Of a DNA stretch of 64,000 nucleotides, positions 46,064-56,937 are shown piece by piece (position 1 is the first letter of the stretch; each line of letters opens with the position of its first letter). The position numbers and the translations under genes are program-made. The notes under the pieces are model-generated. The model was given only the letters and a program-made list of their open reading frames with translations. It made no database searches and was not told the origin of the DNA. The DNA lies in the NCBI RefSeq assembly GCF_035570115.1, contig NZ_DATMLH010000240.1, positions 17,529 to 81,528 on the forward strand. Direction: 5' to 3'. This DNA comes from Mycobacterium sp. Lineage in GTDB: Bacteria; Actinomycetota; Actinomycetes; Mycobacteriales; Mycobacteriaceae.

Positions 46064-47102
46064 GGGCCAGGCCGAGTCGCAGTGCTTCAGCGGCTTCGCT
46101 GGCGGCCTCGGCGAACCGCCCTCCGATGCCGACAAAGTTGAGGTATGCGTGAGGCAGGTCGGCTTGGCGGCTCAGTGATACCGGCACCCCGCCGGCCCGC
46201 AGTTTGTCAGCGTATTCCTCGCCCTCGTCGCGGAGCGGATCGAAACCGGCGCTGGCGATATATGCGGGTGGCAAATCGGCGAGGTCGCCGTGCAGCGGTG
46301 ACAGTCGCGGATCACGCAGATCGGTTCCCGCCGGTATGTAGTTGGCCATTACCCATTGGAGATTCCGCTCGGTGAAGGTGGAGCACTCGGCGAAGAGATC
46401 ACGCGATGGCCGACGCGTGCTGAGATCCGTTGGGGGATACAGCAGAAGCTGAAACGCCGGGACCGCGCCGCCTCGCTGCACCGCTTGTCGCGCGGTAACG
46501 GTCGCGAGGTTGCCGCCGGCGCTGTCACCGCCGACCGCGATGCGGTCTGGGTCGACACGGAGATCGGCGGCGTGGTGGTGCGCAAATTCGAACGCGGCGA
46601 TCGCGTCCTGCACGGGAGCCGGGAACGGGTGCTCCGGCGCGCGTCGGTACTCGACGGAGAGCACCCGCACACCGGCGTTGCTTGCCAGATAACGGGCGAC
46701 CGGGTCGTGGCTAACGCGTGAGCCGACGGTGAAGCCGCCGCCGTGGAAGTACACCAGCAGGCCCGAGGGCTCGGGCAGGTCCGCGGGTGTGTAGAGGGTG
46801 GTTGGGATGTCGCCGTGCTCGGCGGGGATCGCGATCTCCCGCGTCGCGACAGGTACCGGCGGTTTATACCCGATGATGCCCGGAAGCCCGTCATATCGCG
46901 CTCGGGCCTCTTCCACGGTCCCGGCGAAAACATCAGAGCCCGAACGGTTTTTGAGGGCGAGGGCGAGCTGTGCGTCGAGGTCTAGTTCTTGTCCGTCGAT
47001 TCGTATCGGTGGCCCTGCGATCAACCGGCGAACCGGCTTGGGCAACCCGAAGATGCCGCGGAATGCTGCGGCCCGAGCGCGGATACCTAATGGTGTTGAC
47101 AT
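46023..47102 (-). CDS. HSL-family esterase/lipase
   Basis: HGGGF, GDSAGG, FDPLRDEG. Confidence 0.93.
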   Translation of the reverse strand: MSTPLGIRARAAAFRGIFGLPKPVRRLIAGPPIRIDGQELDLDAQLALALKNRSGSDVFAGTVEEARARYDGLPGIIGYKPPVPVATREIAIPAEHGDIPTTLYTPADLPEPSGLLVYFHGGGFTVGSRVSHDPVARYLASNAGVRVLSVEYRRAPEHPFPAPVQDAIAAFEFAHHHAADLRVDPDRIAVGGDSAGGNLATVTARQAVQRGGAVPAFQLLLYPPTDLSTRRPSRDLFAECSTFTERNLQWVMANYIPAGTDLRDPRLSPLHGDLADLPPAYIASAGFDPLRDEGEEYADKLRAGGVPVSLSRQADLPHAYLNFVGIGGRFAEAASEAAEALRLGLAPTHLNANHAAESR

Positions 47103-47124
47103 GACATGTGCTCCTTTCGCGATG

Positions 47125-47700
47125 TCAGTTCTTGTGCGCGACGAATCGCATGACGTGGCCGAGAAGGCGGGACTGGAGGCTGATGGTCAGCCCGTTGCGC
47201 GCGCACTCGTCCTGGAAGTCGTCGGGCGCGATCAGCCGATGCGGCGAGCCGTCCAAACGGTGAAACAGACTGGCCAGCGGTGTGCGGGTTAGGTCATAGC
47301 CAACGAAGGTTCCGCCGGGTCGCAACACACGTGTCACTTCGGCGACCGCGCGTTCCCAGTCGATGATGTGATGCAGCATCAGGCAGCTGACGACGGAGTC
47401 GAACGATTCGCCGGGGAACGGTAGCGCGGTCGCGTCGGCCGTCTTCGTCGAAGCGTTGGGGAATTCACGCAGCCGCGTGGCGGCCGCATTCACCATGAGC
47501 GGGTCGATATCTATTGCCGTCCAGCCAAGTTCGGGATTGGTGGAGAGCAGCTGCTTGGCAACAGATCCACTGCCGGCGCCGATTTCCAGAATGTCGCGAC
47601 CTAGTCGTTGGGCGCGGAGTTCACCCGCGATGGTCGCGCTGCTGGAACGCCACACGGCGCCGCAGCAGAAGGCACGTTCAAAGGATGACATCTCGGGCAT
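47125..47700 (-). CDS. Class I SAM-dependent methyltransferase
   Basis: ILEIGAGSG, DATALPF, RVLRPGG. Confidence 0.9.
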   Translation of the reverse strand: MPEMSSFERAFCCGAVWRSSSATIAGELRAQRLGRDILEIGAGSGSVAKQLLSTNPELGWTAIDIDPLMVNAAATRLREFPNASTKTADATALPFPGESFDSVVSCLMLHHIIDWERAVAEVTRVLRPGGTFVGYDLTRTPLASLFHRLDGSPHRLIAPDDFQDECARNGLTISLQSRLLGHVMRFVAHKN

Positions 47701-47747
47701 GCCTTCAAGCGTGAGCTAACCCGGACGGGGTCGCTTGTATGGATCCG

Positions 47748-48512
47748 TCAGATCTGAGTTTCGCGAACCGCTTGCGCGAATTCGTGCGGCGCCGCCCCGG
47801 TCATCTCCCAGCACACCTTGTTGGCGTGCGACCCGTCGGCAAACCCGGCCAGGTGCGCGGCGTCGGTGACGGAGCGACCGTCAATGAGGTGGCCCACGGC
47901 GGTCACCAGCCGCTCCCAACGGATGGTGGCCGAGAACGAGATACCGGTTTGCTGTTTGCACAGTCGCCCGAGGTAATCCGGTGATAGCGCAACGGCGCCA
48001 GCGACCGAAGCCACATCGACATGGTCCGGCACGCGGCTCGACACGACTTCGATCGCTTGCCGTAGCTGCGGGTGAACCGATCGCGGGCCGCCAGAGCATC
48101 GGCCTTTCATCCGGCAAAGCTCATCGACGAGGAAATCAGCCGCGGCCTGCGGGCCGTTTGCGGCCAGCGACGTGGCTGTTGCCTCGGCCAGTTCCGCTCC
48201 GCCATCGACGATCCAAATACCACGATGCTGACCGCGGTGACGGGCCAACGCGTTCAGCGCTATGCCTTGTGGTGTCTGTAGCCCGAAGTACAGCGTCAAA
48301 CCGGCGGATTCCGAATCTGACCGCACGGCATGGCGCGCTCCGCTGCCGACCACAACCAACCGGCATACGTCGTGGACGTCGCCGTCTCGGGTAACGGTCA
48401 AACGACCCCGTCCACCGACGGTGACTTGAACCGCGGGGTGATGGTGGACGGCGAGATCGGAGAACACGCCGGCAACCATGAGCCGACCCGGCCCCAGCTC
48501 CCAGACCTGCAT
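47748..48512 (-). CDS. AraC family regulator
   Basis: C-terminal SVTDAAHLAGFADGSH. Confidence 0.85.
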   Translation of the reverse strand: MQVWELGPGRLMVAGVFSDLAVHHHPAVQVTVGGRGRLTVTRDGDVHDVCRLVVVGSGARHAVRSDSESAGLTLYFGLQTPQGIALNALARHRGQHRGIWIVDGGAELAEATATSLAANGPQAAADFLVDELCRMKGRCSGGPRSVHPQLRQAIEVVSSRVPDHVDVASVAGAVALSPDYLGRLCKQQTGISFSATIRWERLVTAVGHLIDGRSVTDAAHLAGFADGSHANKVCWEMTGAAPHEFAQAVRETQI

Positions 48513-48521
48513 GCCGCCACT

Positions 48522-49136
48522 CTAGCGCTGCGCTGCGGATTCGCCCGCCTCGCTGGGCCCGGTACTCCATGGAACGCGGCAACTGTCACCGGAATTGAAG
48601 CCCTGCTCGGTGATGCCCAGCGCGGAATTCATCCGGGCGCGCATGTTCTCCACCCCGATCTGATAGGTCAGCTCGACCACGCCGTCGTCACCGAAGCGAC
48701 CCCGCAGGTCGGCTACCTGCTCGTCGGTGACGCTGTGTGGGTCGGTGGTCATCGCGTGCGCATACGCGATGCCGGCCCGCTCGTCGTCGGTGAAACGCGG
48801 CGAAGTGGCGTAGTTGTCGATGTCTTCGAGGCGCTCGATGTCCAAGCCGTCGAGGCGCTGCAGCATTGACCCGAAGTCGACGCACCACGAGCAGCCGACG
48901 GTGCGCGCAGTCCAAAACACCGCCAGCTCGCGCACGTTGACCGGCAGCTTGCGTGCGGCCGATTGCAACATGGTCTCGTGGACGGCGTTGGCGACCAGCA
49001 GCCGAGGGTGCTGCGCGACCACCGCGAAAGGCTCGGGGACCTCGCCGAAGCGCCGCTTGGCGTACCGGTACATGACGCGGATGAGCCAGTTGGCCCGTTC
49101 CAGAGGCAGCGGTTCGATGCGGGTTTTCTGTGTCAT
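48522..49136 (-). CDS. Carboxymuconolactone decarboxylase/AhpD family protein
   Basis: GCSWCVDFG (CxxC). Confidence 0.9.
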   Translation of the reverse strand: MTQKTRIEPLPLERANWLIRVMYRYAKRRFGEVPEPFAVVAQHPRLLVANAVHETMLQSAARKLPVNVRELAVFWTARTVGCSWCVDFGSMLQRLDGLDIERLEDIDNYATSPRFTDDERAGIAYAHAMTTDPHSVTDEQVADLRGRFGDDGVVELTYQIGVENMRARMNSALGITEQGFNSGDSCRVPWSTGPSEAGESAAQR

Positions 49137-49653
49137 ATCAGTCAGACGGCGCAGCCGCCCACAATGTGACGTGGTTTGTCGAGTGTCGCTCAAGCGCTCA
49201 CGAGCGCTCGGCGACCAGCGGCCGCTTCCGAAGTTGCTGCGGCTGTTACTGATTGTCGGGCGCCCAAGAAGCTGCTTGGGAATTCGAGTAGTGGATTACT
49301 CCAGGCGCCCGGCCATGCCGGCCTTAGATTTGGCGCGAGCGACGAAGACTCAAAGGGGGCTAGCAGCCCCGGTGTGCTGGCCGAATGGAACGTTCGCCGG
49401 AGCGGTGACGGTCCTGATGTGTTCGCACACGCTACCCCCGCACCTTTCCAACCTGGTATCGCAGACGGCCCGTCGCATCGGCGCAGCATTACGGCAACCC
49501 TGACCTAGATCGAGGGCGCGGTCCGATGGCCGGACCGACCCCTTGCACATATCCGTGCGCCGAGTATGCGATTTGAGAAGCCCTATCGCGATCGGATCGG
49601 TGGTCGAAGTCTCGGCACGGGGCCGGCTCGACGAAGGTGCTCTGGAGGAACCC

Positions 49654-49968
49654 ATGGCCGCCGCCAAAGCTGACAACCCCAACAGAGGTGAATCACCGAC
49701 CGCCCCGACCATCACCGCCACCCGTGGCGGCGTGGTCATCGGCGTCGACTTCCTGCCCGATCACGTCGTGGCCGTCAAAATCACCCGGCCCGGGGAGGAC
49801 GTCAGCGACTACCTCACCTACACCACCGACCGTAACGGCCACCTCTACGCGGAGTTGCCCACCGCCGTGGCAGGGACGCTGTGCATCGCTGTCACCGACA
49901 ATCGCCCCGATCCGGACGGTGAGTGCAGCCGGCTCTGGAGCAACACCTTCAGCGTTGGTGTTAGCTAA
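49654..49968 (+). CDS. Hypothetical beta-rich protein
   Basis: RBS GGAGG and high-GC3 codon usage. Confidence 0.7.
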   Translation: MAAAKADNPNRGESPTAPTITATRGGVVIGVDFLPDHVVAVKITRPGEDVSDYLTYTTDRNGHLYAELPTAVAGTLCIAVTDNRPDPDGECSRLWSNTFSVGVS

Positions 49969-50038
49969 CCGCTTTCACGTCGGGCGCGCCCGCTTCCCCC
50001 AGCTGAGCGACGCGGATCCGTGGCCCGGCGCGGACCGG

Positions 50039-50224
50039 TCAGGCGGCTGGCGTCATCCGATTCGCGCGCCAGCTGACGTTGGTCACGTACTCGCGCACTG
50101 GTCGCTCCGGCGCCTTTGTCGGTGGCTGACTCAGGCTTGCATTGGTCTGGTACCGGCGGGGCTTCACGCTGGGCGTGGTTGCGCGTGTGGCGCGATCTTC
50201 CGCGTATTGCTGGCCGAACTGCAT
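50039..50224 (-). CDS. Small hypothetical protein (61 aa)
   Basis: ATG 50224 after an AT-rich promoter-like stretch; internal repeated motif. Confidence 0.45.
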   Translation of the reverse strand: MQFGQQYAEDRATRATTPSVKPRRYQTNASLSQPPTKAPERPVREYVTNVSWRANRMTPAA

Positions 50225-50286
50225 AACGTAGTGAACGTCACTGTATATTAGCTTATTCCCAGCTGTGGAGAGCCTAGGCAATCGAC

Positions 50287-51081
50287 TCAGCGGGTGAACA
50301 TCAACGCGCGTTTGACCTCTTGAACGGCCTTGGTCACCTCGATGCCCCGCGGGCAGGACTCGGTGCAGTTGAACGTGGTGCGGCAGCGCCACACCCCGTC
50401 GACCTCGTTGAGGATGTCGAGGCGCTCGGCAGCGGCCTCGTCGCGGCTGTCGAAGATGAACCGGTGCGCGTTGACGATGGCCGCCGGGCCGAAGTAGCTG
50501 CCCTCATTCCAGAACACCGGGCAGCTGGTGGTGCAGCACGCGCACAGGATGCACTTGGTGGTGTCGTCGTAGCGCGCGCGATCGGTTTGGCTTTGGATCC
50601 GCTCTCGCGTCGGGGGGTTACCGCTGGTGATCAGGTACGGCTTCACCGCGCGGTAGGCGTCGAAGAACGGCTCCATGTCGACGACAAGGTCCTTTTCCAC
50701 CGGCAGCCCGCGGATCGGCTCGATCGTGATGGTCAGCTGCTTGCGGGGCTTGCTCGGAAGCAGGTCGCGCATCAGCACTTTGCAGGCCAGCCGGTTCACA
50801 CCGTTGATCCGCATCGCGTCGGAGCCGCAGACTCCGTGAGCGCAGGACCGCCGAAAGGTCAGTGTGCCGTCGAGGTAGCTCTTGACGTAGATCAGCAGAT
50901 TGAGCATCCGGTCGCTGGGCAGGCATGGCACCCGAAAACTTTGCCAGCCACCGGAATCGGCGTACTGGTCGGGGTTTTCCGGATTGAACCGGGCGATCCT
51001 CAACGTCACCATCACCGAGCCCTCGGGGATCGCCGGCAACGGTGGATCCGCGCCTTGCACGCTCTCGACAACCGAACTCAT
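50287..51081 (-). CDS. sdhB: Succinate dehydrogenase Fe-S subunit
   Basis: SCAHGVCGSD, CILCACCTTSCP, CRTTFNCTESCP. Confidence 0.97.
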   Translation of the reverse strand: MSSVVESVQGADPPLPAIPEGSVMVTLRIARFNPENPDQYADSGGWQSFRVPCLPSDRMLNLLIYVKSYLDGTLTFRRSCAHGVCGSDAMRINGVNRLACKVLMRDLLPSKPRKQLTITIEPIRGLPVEKDLVVDMEPFFDAYRAVKPYLITSGNPPTRERIQSQTDRARYDDTTKCILCACCTTSCPVFWNEGSYFGPAAIVNAHRFIFDSRDEAAAERLDILNEVDGVWRCRTTFNCTESCPRGIEVTKAVQEVKRALMFTR

Positions 51082-52835
51082 CAGTACTTCCGTTCCATTG
51101 GCTCGTAACGGGTTTGGACTACGGGTTTGAAATCCAACCGAATGTCGCTGAGCAAGTCGCCGCCCTGCTTGTAGGCCATGGTGTGACGCATGTAGTTGAC
51201 GTCATCACGGTTGGGATAGTCTTCGCGAGCATGCCCGCCACGGGATTCCTTGCGGTTCAAAGCGCCGACCACGGTGACTTCGGCCAGCTCGAGCAGAAAA
51301 CCCAGCTCGATGGCTTCCAGCAAGTCACTGTTGAAGCGCTTTCCTTTATCGTGCACGAAGATTCGGGAATAGCGCTCCTTGAGCGCGTGGATGTCGGTGA
51401 GTGCCTGTTTGAGGGTCTCCTCGGTGCGGAACACCGCGGCGTTGTTGTCCATCGTCTGCTGTAGCGCCCCGCGGATGTCGGCGACGCGTTCGTTGCCGTG
51501 TTCCGACAAAATATCGGCAACCCAGCCGACCACCATCGCGGACGGTTCCGATGGCAACTCGACGAAGTCGTGACCCATGGCGTAATTGGCCGCGGCGATT
51601 CCGGCGCGTCGGCCGAATACGTTGATATCCAGCAGCGAGTTGGTGCCCAACCGGTTGGCGCCATGTACCGACACGCACGCACACTCTCCGGCCGCGTACA
51701 GGCCCGGGACGGTGGATGTGTTGTCCCGCAACACTTGTCCGGTGATGGTCGTCGGGATGCCGCCCATCACGTAATGGCAGGTCGGGTAGACCGGGACCAG
51801 CTCCTTCACCGGATCCACGCCCAGGTAGGTGCGCGCGAACTCGGTGATGTCGGGCAGCTTCGCCTCCAGGACGTCCGCGCCGAGGTGGCGGACGTCGATG
51901 TAGACGTAGTCCTTGTGCGGGCCGGCGCCGCGGCCCTCCAGCACTTCGAGCACCATCGATCGCGCGACGATGTCACGGGGCGCCAGGTCGACGATCGTCG
52001 GCGCGTAGCGCTCCATGAATCGCTCGCCTTCGCCGTTGAGCAGCCGACCACCCTCACCGCGAACGGCTTCGGAAATCAAGATGCCCAGCCCCGCCAGCCC
52101 AGTTGGGTGGAACTGGTGAAACTCCATGTCTTCCAACGGGAGTCCCTTGCGGAAGACGATTCCTATGCCGTCGCCGGTGAGGGTGTGCGCGTTGGACGTC
52201 GTCTTGTACATCCGGCCCGACCCTCCGGTGGCGATCACGACGGCCTTCGCGTGGAAGACGTGGATCTCGCCGGTGGCAAGCTCGTAGGCGACCACACCGG
52301 TGGCGACCGGACCGCTCGGGGTCTGGGTGAGCACCAGGTCGAGCACATAGAATTCGTTGAAGAACTCGACGTCGTGCTTGACGCAGTTCTGGTACAGGGT
52401 CTGCAGGATCATGTGGCCGGTGCGGTCGGCGGCGTAACAGGCGCGGCGTACCGGGGCCTTGCCGTGGTCGCGAGTGTGCCCGCCGAAGCGGCGCTGGTCG
52501 ATGCGGCCCTCCGGGGTGCGGTTGAACGGCATCCCCATTTTCTCCAGGTCCAGCACCGCGTCGATGGCTTCCTTGCACATGATCTCCACCGCGTCCTGGT
52601 CGGCGAGATAGTCGCCGCCCTTGACGGTGTCGAAGGTGTGCCATTCCCAGTTATCGTCTTCGACGTTGGCCAGCGCGGCGCACATGCCGCCCTGGGCAGC
52701 GCCGGTATGGCTGCGGGTCGGGTAGAGCTTGGTGAGCACCGCCGTGCGCACCCGGGGTCCGGCCTCAACGGCCGCCCGCATTCCGGCACCGCCCGCGCCG
52801 ACGATCACCACGTCGTATCGGTGTTGGGAGATCAC
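51081..52835 (-). CDS. sdhA: Succinate dehydrogenase flavoprotein
   Basis: GAGGAG, RSHTGAAQGG, HGANRLGTNSL; GTG start 52835. Confidence 0.97.
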   Translation of the reverse strand: MISQHRYDVVIVGAGGAGMRAAVEAGPRVRTAVLTKLYPTRSHTGAAQGGMCAALANVEDDNWEWHTFDTVKGGDYLADQDAVEIMCKEAIDAVLDLEKMGMPFNRTPEGRIDQRRFGGHTRDHGKAPVRRACYAADRTGHMILQTLYQNCVKHDVEFFNEFYVLDLVLTQTPSGPVATGVVAYELATGEIHVFHAKAVVIATGGSGRMYKTTSNAHTLTGDGIGIVFRKGLPLEDMEFHQFHPTGLAGLGILISEAVRGEGGRLLNGEGERFMERYAPTIVDLAPRDIVARSMVLEVLEGRGAGPHKDYVYIDVRHLGADVLEAKLPDITEFARTYLGVDPVKELVPVYPTCHYVMGGIPTTITGQVLRDNTSTVPGLYAAGECACVSVHGANRLGTNSLLDINVFGRRAGIAAANYAMGHDFVELPSEPSAMVVGWVADILSEHGNERVADIRGALQQTMDNNAAVFRTEETLKQALTDIHALKERYSRIFVHDKGKRFNSDLLEAIELGFLLELAEVTVVGALNRKESRGGHAREDYPNRDDVNYMRHTMAYKQGGDLLSDIRLDFKPVVQTRYEPMERKY

Positions 52836-52888
52836 GGCCGCCGCCGACGATGCAGAGCCAAGCGATGAGGAGGAGGTGGCGTAAACAC
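52832..52888 (-). repeat. MIRU-like element with a coupling mini-ORF between sdhD and sdhA
   Basis: gacgatgcagagc..gatgaggaggag core on the + strand; minus-strand ORF MFTPPPPHRLALHRRRRP* ends in a GTGA overlap with sdhA. Confidence 0.7.
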
Positions 52889-52897
52889 ATTCGCCTT

Positions 52898-53365
52898 TCA
52901 CGAAATGTTCGGGTTGAACGTCAGCAGCACGTAGGTCCCCAGCACCAGAGTGAAGACCATCGACAACGCCAGCAGGGCATTAAGCCAGAAGCGGGTGGAA
53001 TCCTTGCGGCTGTAGTCGTCGATGATGGTGCGCAGACCGTTGCCACCGTGCAGCTGCGCCAGCCACAGCAGCAGCAGGTCCCAGGTCTGCCAGAACGGTG
53101 AGTGCCAGCGTTGCGCCACATAGTTGAAGTCGATGCGGTAGACACCGTTGTCCCACATCAGCATCACGAACAAGTGCCCGAGCGCTAAGAACACCAGCAC
53201 GACGCCGGAAAACCGCATGAACAGCCAGGCGTATTTCTCGAAGTTGGGCATGCCGGCCCGCCGGCGGGGCGCGCGCGGATTGTCCAGGCTTGCCGGACGG
53301 TCGTGGCTGCGCTGCCGCACCGGCGCGAGCTGGCCGCGGCCCAGTTGAAGGTCGGGGGAGCTCAT
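52898..53365 (-). CDS. sdhD: Succinate dehydrogenase membrane anchor
   Basis: WLFMRFSG, HGGNGLRTIIDDY. Confidence 0.95.
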   Translation of the reverse strand: MSSPDLQLGRGQLAPVRQRSHDRPASLDNPRAPRRRAGMPNFEKYAWLFMRFSGVVLVFLALGHLFVMLMWDNGVYRIDFNYVAQRWHSPFWQTWDLLLLWLAQLHGGNGLRTIIDDYSRKDSTRFWLNALLALSMVFTLVLGTYVLLTFNPNIS

Positions 53366-53802
53366 CCGAACCGTCCCATCATGTGGATGCCCACCACCAC
53401 CGTCGCCGGAACCATGACCACCAACCAGATGACCGCGATCGCCCACAGCATCGCCCGCTGATAGCGGGTGCCTCGTGCCCAGAAGTCGATCAAGATGACG
53501 CGGATCCCGTTGAGCGCGTGATAAAGCACCGCGGCCACCAGGCCGAGCTCCATCAGACCCACGATCGGAGTCTTGTAGGTCGAGATGACTTCGTCGTAGG
53601 TCTGCGGGCTTACCCGCACCAGCGCGGTGTCGAGCACATGCACGAACAGGAAGAAGAAGATGGTCGCCCCGGTGATGCGGTGCAGCACCCATGACCACAT
53701 ACCCGGATCGCCGCGGTAGAGGGTTCGTCGTAGGCGCCGTCCGCGCGACGATCCGTCCCGCGGTGTCGGCGTGGCCGGATTCGCAGATGTCGCCGTCGTC
53801 AT
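53362..53802 (-). CDS. sdhC: Succinate dehydrogenase cytochrome b556 subunit
   Basis: WVLHRITG, HALNGIR. Confidence 0.95.
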   Translation of the reverse strand: MTTATSANPATPTPRDGSSRGRRLRRTLYRGDPGMWSWVLHRITGATIFFFLFVHVLDTALVRVSPQTYDEVISTYKTPIVGLMELGLVAAVLYHALNGIRVILIDFWARGTRYQRAMLWAIAVIWLVVMVPATVVVGIHMMGRFG

Positions 53803-53995
53803 CAGCGCCTCCCGTATCGATGGAGACCGTCGTGTGGGACCGTCGGGAGCGACTCTAAACCCATTTGTACCGATGAATGGTCCGGTTCGTGTCCGCCAAC
53901 GCTTTTCGGTGTGAAGAATCTAGGGTGACCTTGTGAATTAGCCGACAGTGAATGAGGTGGCCCGATGCGTTCCCAACCAGCGTGGTATCGCGACC

Positions 53996-54391
53996 GTGAC
54001 CGACATAATTGACTGGAAGCTGCTGCGGGACAAGGCTATCCAAGCAGCGCGTGGGGCGTACGCACCTTACTCGCGGTTTCCGGTGGGTGCGGCGGCGTTG
54101 GTCGAAGATCGGCGGATAGTCACCGGCTGCAATGTGGAGAATGTCTCATATGGCCTGGGTCTCTGCGCCGAGTGCGCCGTGGTGTGCGCGCTGCATTCGA
54201 GCGGCGGCGGCCGGCTGCTCGCACTGGCGTGCGTCGACGGGGCCGGCTCGCCGCTGATGCCGTGCGGCCGGTGTCGTCAGGTATTGCTCGAACACGGCGG
54301 CCCGGACCTGCTCATCGACCATCCCGACGCGCCGCGGCGGCTCGGCGACTTGCTGCCCGAGCCGTTCGGTCCCGAGGATCTCGCCCGGTGA
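53996..54391 (+). CDS. cdd: Cytidine deaminase
   Basis: YAPYSRFPVGAA, NVEN..CAE, PCGRCRQ. Confidence 0.96.
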   Translation: MTDIIDWKLLRDKAIQAARGAYAPYSRFPVGAAALVEDRRIVTGCNVENVSYGLGLCAECAVVCALHSSGGGRLLALACVDGAGSPLMPCGRCRQVLLEHGGPDLLIDHPDAPRRLGDLLPEPFGPEDLAR

Positions 54392-54408
54392 GAGCAGGAG
54401 CGTCGCAC

Positions 54409-55698
54409 GTGAGGTTCGACGCGCCGACGGTCATCGCGACCAAACGCGACGGCGGTCGGCTGTCGGACGCCGCCATCGACTGGGTCATTGACGCATACAC
54501 CACCGGGCGGATCGCCGACGAACAGATGTCGGCCTTGTTGATGGCCATTTTCTTGCAGGGCATGGACTACACCGAGATCACGCGATGGACGGCGGCGATG
54601 GTGGCCTCCGGTGAGCGGATGGATTTCACCGATTTGCGGCGCGACGGCCATCGGCTGCGGACCGTGGACAAACACTCCACCGGCGGGGTCGGAGACAAGA
54701 TCACGCTGCCGCTGGTGTCGGTGGTCGCGGCCTGCGGTGGCGCGGTGCCGCAGGCCTCCGGCCGCGGACTCGGCCATACCGGCGGCACCCTGGACAAGTT
54801 GGAATCCATCGCTGGCTTCACCGCGGATCTAACGAATAGCCAAGTACGCCAACAACTTTACGAGGTCGGCGCGGCCATCTTCGCGGCAGGCCGGTTGGCG
54901 CCCGCCGACGCGAAGCTCTACGCGCTGCGCGATATCACGGCCACCGTCGAGTCGCTGCCGTTGATCGCGAGTTCGGTGATGAGCAAAAAGATCGCCGAAG
55001 GTGCGAGCGCGCTGGTGCTCGACGTCAAGGTCGGTACCGGCGCATTGCTGCGGTCGGAATCGCAGTGCCGTGAGCTGGCCGAGACCATGGTGGCACTGGG
55101 CGCAGAGCATGGATTGCCGGCCTGCGCGGTGTTGACCGACATGAACGCTCCGTTGGGCGCGGCCGCCGGTAACGCACTTGAAGTCGCCGAAGCGCTGGAC
55201 GTACTGGCCGGCGGCGGACCGCCCGATGTGGTGGAGCTGACCCTGGCGCTGGCCGGCGAGATGCTCCAGATCGCGGGCATCGATGAGAGGGATCCGGCAC
55301 AGACGCTGCGCGACGGTAGCGCGATGGATCGATTCCGCGCGCTGGTCGCCGCGCAGGGCGGTGACTTGTCCATACCGTTGCCGGTTGGTAAGTACTCCGA
55401 AACCGTGACCGCCGGTCGGAGCGGCAGAATGGGCGATATCGACGCGATGGCAGTGGGGCTGGCGGTGTGGCGGCTCGGAGCGGGCAGGTCTCGCCCGGGT
55501 GAGGTGGTGCAATCCGGCGCCGGGATCCGGATCCACCGCCGTCCCGGGGAGCCAGTGGCCGTCGGCGAACCGCTGTTCACGCTGTACACGGACACCCCGG
55601 AACGCTTCGAGCCCGCGCTGGCCGAGTTGGACGCAGGCTGGAGCGTCGTCGACACGCAACCCGTCCCGCGACCGCTGATCATCGATCGGATCACCTGA
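54409..55698 (+). CDS. deoA: Thymidine phosphorylase
   Basis: [27 protein letters not shown]. Confidence 0.96.
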   Translation: MRFDAPTVIATKRDGGRLSDAAIDWVIDAYTTGRIADEQMSALLMAIFLQGMDYTEITRWTAAMVASGERMDFTDLRRDGHRLRTVDKHSTGGVGDKITLPLVSVVAACGGAVPQASGRGLGHTGGTLDKLESIAGFTADLTNSQVRQQLYEVGAAIFAAGRLAPADAKLYALRDITATVESLPLIASSVMSKKIAEGASALVLDVKVGTGALLRSESQCRELAETMVALGAEHGLPACAVLTDMNAPLGAAAGNALEVAEALDVLAGGGPPDVVELTLALAGEMLQIAGIDERDPAQTLRDGSAMDRFRALVAAQGGDLSIPLPVGKYSETVTAGRSGRMGDIDAMAVGLAVWRLGAGRSRPGEVVQSGAGIRIHRRPGEPVAVGEPLFTLYTDTPERFEPALAELDAGWSVVDTQPVPRPLIIDRIT

Positions 55699-56786
55699 TG
55701 ACGACGCCCCTGACTTTCGAGACGATCACACAAGCGCCGAAGGCGCTGTTGCACGATCACCTCGATGGCGGGCTGCGCCCGGCGACGGTGATCGACATCG
55801 CCGGCCAGACCGGCTATGACGGCTTGCCCGCCACCGAGGTCGATGAACTGACGCGCTGGTTTCAAACCTCGTCGCACAGCGGATCGCTGGAGCGCTACCT
55901 CGAGCCGTTCTCGCACACCGTCGCGGTGATGCAGACGCCCGAGTCGCTGCACCGAGTCGCCTACGAATGCGTGGAAGATCTGTCCGCTGACTCGGTGGTG
56001 TATGCCGAGGTGCGCTTCGCCCCGGAATTACACATCGGTCGGGGACTCTCATTCGACGCCGTCGTCGACGCGGTGCTGGCGGGTTTCGCCGATGGGGAAA
56101 AGGCGGCCGCAGCCGCTGGGCGACCTATCGTCGTGCGGTGTCTGGTTACCGCGATGCGGCACGCCGCGCTGTCGCGCGAAATCGCCGAGCTGGCGATCCG
56201 ATTCCGCGACAAGGGCGTGGTCGGATTCGACATCGCCGGCGCGGAGGCCGGCTACCCGCCCACCCGGCACCTGGACGCTTTCGAGTACATGCGAAATAAC
56301 AACGCCCGCTTCACAATTCATGCCGGTGAAGCGTTCGGACTGCCGTCGATTCATGAGGCGATCGCGTTCTGCGGTGCCGACCGGCTGGGCCACGGGGTGC
56401 GGATCGTCGACGACATCGACGTCGCCGAGGACGGCACGGTGCGACTGGGCCGATTGGCATCGATATTGCGGGACAAGCGGATTCCGTTGGAGCTGTGCCC
56501 CAGCTCCAACGTCCAGACCGGTGCGGTCGACAGCATCGCCGAGCACCCGTTCGACCTATTGGCGCGGGCCCGGTTCCGGGTCACCGTCAACACCGACAAC
56601 CGGCTGATGAGCGATACGACGATGAGCCGCGAAATGTTGCTTCTCGTTGACGCGTTCGGTTACGGCTGGAGTGATCTCGCACGGTTCACCATCAATGCGA
56701 TGAAGTCGGCGTTCATTCCCTTCGACGAGCGGCTCGCGATCATCGATGAAGTCATCAAACCGCGCTTCGCCGTGCTGATTGGCTAG
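55698..56786 (+). CDS. add: Adenosine deaminase
   Basis: LHDHLDG, HAGE, RLGHG, NTDN. Confidence 0.96.
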   Translation: MTTPLTFETITQAPKALLHDHLDGGLRPATVIDIAGQTGYDGLPATEVDELTRWFQTSSHSGSLERYLEPFSHTVAVMQTPESLHRVAYECVEDLSADSVVYAEVRFAPELHIGRGLSFDAVVDAVLAGFADGEKAAAAAGRPIVVRCLVTAMRHAALSREIAELAIRFRDKGVVGFDIAGAEAGYPPTRHLDAFEYMRNNNARFTIHAGEAFGLPSIHEAIAFCGADRLGHGVRIVDDIDVAEDGTVRLGRLASILRDKRIPLELCPSSNVQTGAVDSIAEHPFDLLARARFRVTVNTDNRLMSDTTMSREMLLLVDAFGYGWSDLARFTINAMKSAFIPFDERLAIIDEVIKPRFAVLIG

Positions 56787-56890
56787 CCGGCACCCGGCCG
56801 CACCCAAGGCGACGTATCCCCGAGCACCCTACGCAGGGTCTTCGCGAATTCGACTGGCTGCCCGATGAATCCGCCGTGATCACTTGCCAG
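56783..56890 (-). pseudogene. C-terminal remnant of a probable alpha/beta hydrolase
   Basis: Reads SDHGGFIGQPVEFAKTLRRVL, typical of a catalytic-His end segment, with no upstream body. Confidence 0.45.
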
Positions 56891-56937
56891 CGCCTTAGCC
56901 GCGACGCTCGCGCTGATGTCGTCGGCGGCTTGCGGCG

